Of a DNA stretch of 64,000 nucleotides, positions 61,127-64,000 are shown piece after piece. The position numbers were made by a program, and so were the translations under genes. The stretch spans positions 384,001 to 448,000 of the forward strand of contig CAVVMW010000023.1 of NCBI GenBank assembly GCA_963749495.1, written 5' to 3'. The stretch's first letter is position 1. Each line of letters begins with the position of its first letter. A model generated the notes under the pieces. It did not search any database, had not been told where the DNA came from, and saw nothing but the letters and a program-made list of their open reading frames with translations. The DNA is from an uncultured bacterium. GTDB taxonomy: Bacteria; Verrucomicrobiota; Verrucomicrobiia; Limisphaerales; UBA8199.

Positions 61127-61241
61127 TGTTTGCCTTTCTTTCGCTTGTGTTCCGTTCTGTGCCCCTATTTACCCAAACGATGCTCGAAAGGCAATCAAAA
61201 AGAGTACAATCTCTCAGTTTTCCTAGTAAACGCTCGTTTCC

Positions 61242-61303
61242 GGCAGACTGTAAATCTGCTGGCTTACGCCTACGAAGGTTCGAATCCTTCTCCCACCACC
61301 ACC
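61242..61303 (+). repeat. attR: duplicated 3' part of tRNA-Tyr
   Basis: Identical to 50796-50857; lacks the 5' acceptor strand and D arm. Confidence 0.95.
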
Positions 61304-61658
61304 TCCAAGATACCCCATAAAATCAGGCAAACAGCACTAATTGCCTTCGTGGAGAGAAAAAGTCATCACGCATAGTCATAACAAATTCAAACTTGCCCGC
61401 TGGTGTTCGAAGACGTTCAAGGCTGTCCGGGAAGCGAGCAAATCGACTTCCGATAGGGAGAGCCCTCCACGTTCGTCTCCACCTTTAGCCAGGTCACCCT
61501 CGCTCGGACAAACGACACCGCAACAATCTCCGCCCACGCCACGACCCACCTTCGAATTGACCCCGAGGTGGACCAGATCATCCCTACTCCCCCTGCTTCT
61601 CCTCCTCTGGTTTCGGCCGGTAGAGCACCACAACATTGCCAACCCGGGTGACCAGGTG

Positions 61659-61878
61659 TCATACCCGACGCAAATCAACGCACTTGTGATTTCCGTCACA
61701 GACCAGCACGAAGTCGCCTCGGATGCCCTCGTGCGTGATGAGTTTCTGGAGCAGTGACGCAGGGAACTGAACGGTCTGTCCGGTCGTACTGCGGACGAGC
61801 ACATGCCGAACAGCACCACGGTAGTAGTCCAGATACTGCTCGGCAGAAATGTCCAAATGGAATTCGGTACTGGTTCAT
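61659..61878 (-). CDS. DUF2835-family protein (1-bp frameshift near 61866)
   Basis: IS...YL.YYRG....V......G..VQFPA..L; ATG at 61878 joins the frame if one C of tacCgaa is removed. Confidence 0.75.
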
Positions 61879-62276
61879 CCGCAGGTGGACTGTATCGCCT
61901 TTGACTCTCATTGGCCAGAGGTCTCCGAACGCCAACTCGCTCCCCCTTCTCCGGCTCTGCCCTGGTGATATCGCTGATCTGCCTGGGAATTGTGGCCGCC
62001 GTGTGCTTCCTGATCAAGAGGGGCAACTGAGGATCGATGCACCTGGGTTTGGTGTCCTGACCTCCATCAAAAAGTCACAGCGTTTTTTCGCCATGGACCG
62101 CCAATGTCCAATGGTCTCTGCGACAATCCGGTTCATGAAAACAGCAATTCAGTTTTTGCCGGTGGTCGAATTCCTTGCCTCGGTCCCAATTCACATGCCG
62201 AACAATCGAATAGTGCTGGATTTCGATAGGGTTGGCACAGGATTTGCTGCCGTACGCCATTGGTGCATTGGGGCTT

Positions 62277-62495
62277 ATGTCTGACAAAACGAAAGAGCCG
62301 CACTCGGCGAACGATTTGCTGAAGAACTCGCTGCTTTACCGAGAGTTCCAGGCGGAACGCGAGGAGATCCTCAAGCACAAGTGGATTGAGTCCGAAAAGG
62401 CCGGCGGTGACATTGGGTTTGATCGGGCGTTGACGGACTGGAACGTCAAGCACCGCTCCCAATGGCTAAGAGAGCGGCAAGGCAAGGTTCGCTGA
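62277..62495 (+). CDS. DUF4032-like small protein, paralog of 42877-43110
   Basis: Near-identical core LYREFQAEREEILKHKWIESEK. Confidence 0.8.
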   Translation: MSDKTKEPHSANDLLKNSLLYREFQAEREEILKHKWIESEKAGGDIGFDRALTDWNVKHRSQWLRERQGKVR

Positions 62496-62839
62496 CCTGC
62501 CGGCGCTCCTCTAAGGCAGATTGTGGACCGGCATGACGAAGTTCAACGCCACGCTCAGGGCACAGATGGAATTGGCGGCTCGATACATGTACGCCGCCGC
62601 TGAAAACCCCTCGACTCACCTCGACTCGCGTACCACCCTCCGTTCAATCAATCGCCCCCCAGAGGAAACTTGCTGACTTGCCTGATCGACGCCAGCCCGG
62701 AAAACAGCGGCTATGGAGCCGGTCATCGCGGTGGACAACCCTGAATTGACCTGGCGCGATCTTGGCCGGTTGATTTGCGGTCATGGCAGGTGGGCGATGC
62801 GCATTGACTGCTTCTTGGGGCGGCGTTAATCTCGCGGAA

Positions 62840-63508
62840 ATGAGAACATCGTCAATGAGAGTTTTGCTTAAGAATGTTCCAACCGGCCTCTACTTGGGGC
62901 GGGGTGGAAAATGGACCGGGCAACCAGAGGCAGCGATGGCTTTTCTCGACGAGGTGCGAGCGAAAGATTACAGCATTTATCATGGCCTTTCTGACACCCA
63001 GGTAGTCGTGCTGGCTGAAGCCGGTGCCGCAAAAGCCTCATCGACCGCATCCGTAACCAACGAAGCACCAAATATGGCTTTCAAAACGAAAACACACCGA
63101 ATCAAGAAACAGGCCGAACCCAAAGTGGACCAACTGAGATCGAAAGAGGGAGGTTTCTTGGCGCAGCAAGTTTCCGAGGCGACTCAAAAACATGCAGAAA
63201 TAGAGCCGATGCCAGCCAAGCCCCCAACCAGGCTCAAGGCTGCAACTCCCGAACCCCGCACAATTGTTCAGGCCAACATCAATGTTGGCTTTGGAAACGC
63301 ACTCTTCATTCGCGGTGAGGGCAGTGGATTGAGCTGGGACGAGGGTCAGCCTCTCACGTGCATCGACAAAACGTGCTGGCATTGGTCTGGTACACAGACC
63401 CAGGACAAAGTGGTGTTCAAGTTGTTGCTGAACGACAAGACTTGGGCCAAGGGAGAGAACGTCGAGGTCGAGCCAGGGAAAACGATGAAGGTTGTGCCTG
63501 AGTTCTAG
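62840..63508 (+). CDS. Hypothetical protein with a C-terminal CBM20/starch-binding-like domain
   Basis: NVGFGNALFIRGEG.GLSW..G, FKLLLND..W; TTGACT-17-TAATCT promoter 7 nt before the ATG. Confidence 0.7.
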   Translation: MRTSSMRVLLKNVPTGLYLGRGGKWTGQPEAAMAFLDEVRAKDYSIYHGLSDTQVVVLAEAGAAKASSTASVTNEAPNMAFKTKTHRIKKQAEPKVDQLRSKEGGFLAQQVSEATQKHAEIEPMPAKPPTRLKAATPEPRTIVQANINVGFGNALFIRGEGSGLSWDEGQPLTCIDKTCWHWSGTQTQDKVVFKLLLNDKTWAKGENVEVEPGKTMKVVPEF

Positions 63509-64000
63509 CGACAGAGTCGGGTGGGTATGGCGGGTGGGGCATGTGAATGGAGTTCCGAAATCACTTTGCCTGGATGACCGCCAAGAAAAGGAGTCGCCAG
63601 GAAAAACAACAGAACCTGGCGGCCGTGTGGCGAGCAAAAAGGGGGCGACTCAGCCTTCACCAAGTCGCCCCTAACCGAACTATGAAGCTCCACTGGGCTT
63701 CATCACCTTCGTTAAAGATAGCATATTCCGTGCCTGCTCTTTGCGCCCACAGCGCCATTCCCTTGAATCACGCCCAACTCCCGTTTGAAGATGCCCTGGA
63801 TTGCTGCAATGGGGGTGGTGAGGGAGAGGGGCGAGGCGGCGGTTCAGGAATAGCTGGGAAAAGGCCTTCACCACATCGTGTCGTTGATTCCCGGCAGCAC
63901 CTCGGCTAAACTCGCGCTCATGGGCACGCTTTCCCCCTTTTTCAGACCCCACGGCGAACGCTACACCACCACCCGCTCAGTGACGTTGGACGCTCAAGGC

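Larger units (their letters stand above)
50796..61303. mobile_element. ~10.4-kb integrative element (satellite/IME-like) in tRNA-Tyr
   Basis: 62-bp direct repeat 50796-50857 = 61242-61303, with the integrase next to the distal copy. Confidence 0.93.

Noticed and set aside
61242..61303. Second tRNA-Tyr gene
   Set aside because: Lacks the 5' acceptor strand and D arm; it is the att duplicate.

Overview
High-GC bacterial DNA. The gene content points to Verrucomicrobiota, probably a Pedosphaera/Limisphaera-like lineage (inference from ECF sigma with a long C-terminal tail, orphan prepilin-type genes, DUF4032-like proteins and FYRL-type C-termini). 0-33 kb is accessory and partly decayed. It holds plant-glycan genes (truncated GH78, six-hairpin GH, GH51, GH106, DUF4038 fragment, Gfo/Idh/MocA, sugar isomerase), TA modules, a stacked MITE/ISL3/IS1380 insertion, and a tyrosine-recombinase + IS91-type element inserted at a GTT inside a REP arm. 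33-51 kb is mostly housekeeping (yjbQ, manA-like, pyrR-pyrB, mrp, HhH-GPD, sugar porter, ffh, tRNA-Tyr), interrupted by a three-gene islet bounded by a 198-bp duplication of the pyrB 3' end. A ~10.4-kb integrative element sits in tRNA-Tyr (62-bp att repeat; integrase, ImmR/ImmA pair, primase, helicase, NHL-repeat cargo). About a dozen single-base frameshifts, one in essential ffh, look like long-read indel errors. Best novelty candidates: (1) the recombinase+IS91 element, whose circle junction would fold into an attC-like hairpin; (2) the chaperone-like / WDG-protein / ART-like trio at pyrB; (3) a secreted protein with nested domains; (4) a PriL-CTD-like Cys domain fused to a recombinase DNA-binding helix. 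No CRISPR or rRNA. All family calls come from motif recognition by eye; no database search was run.
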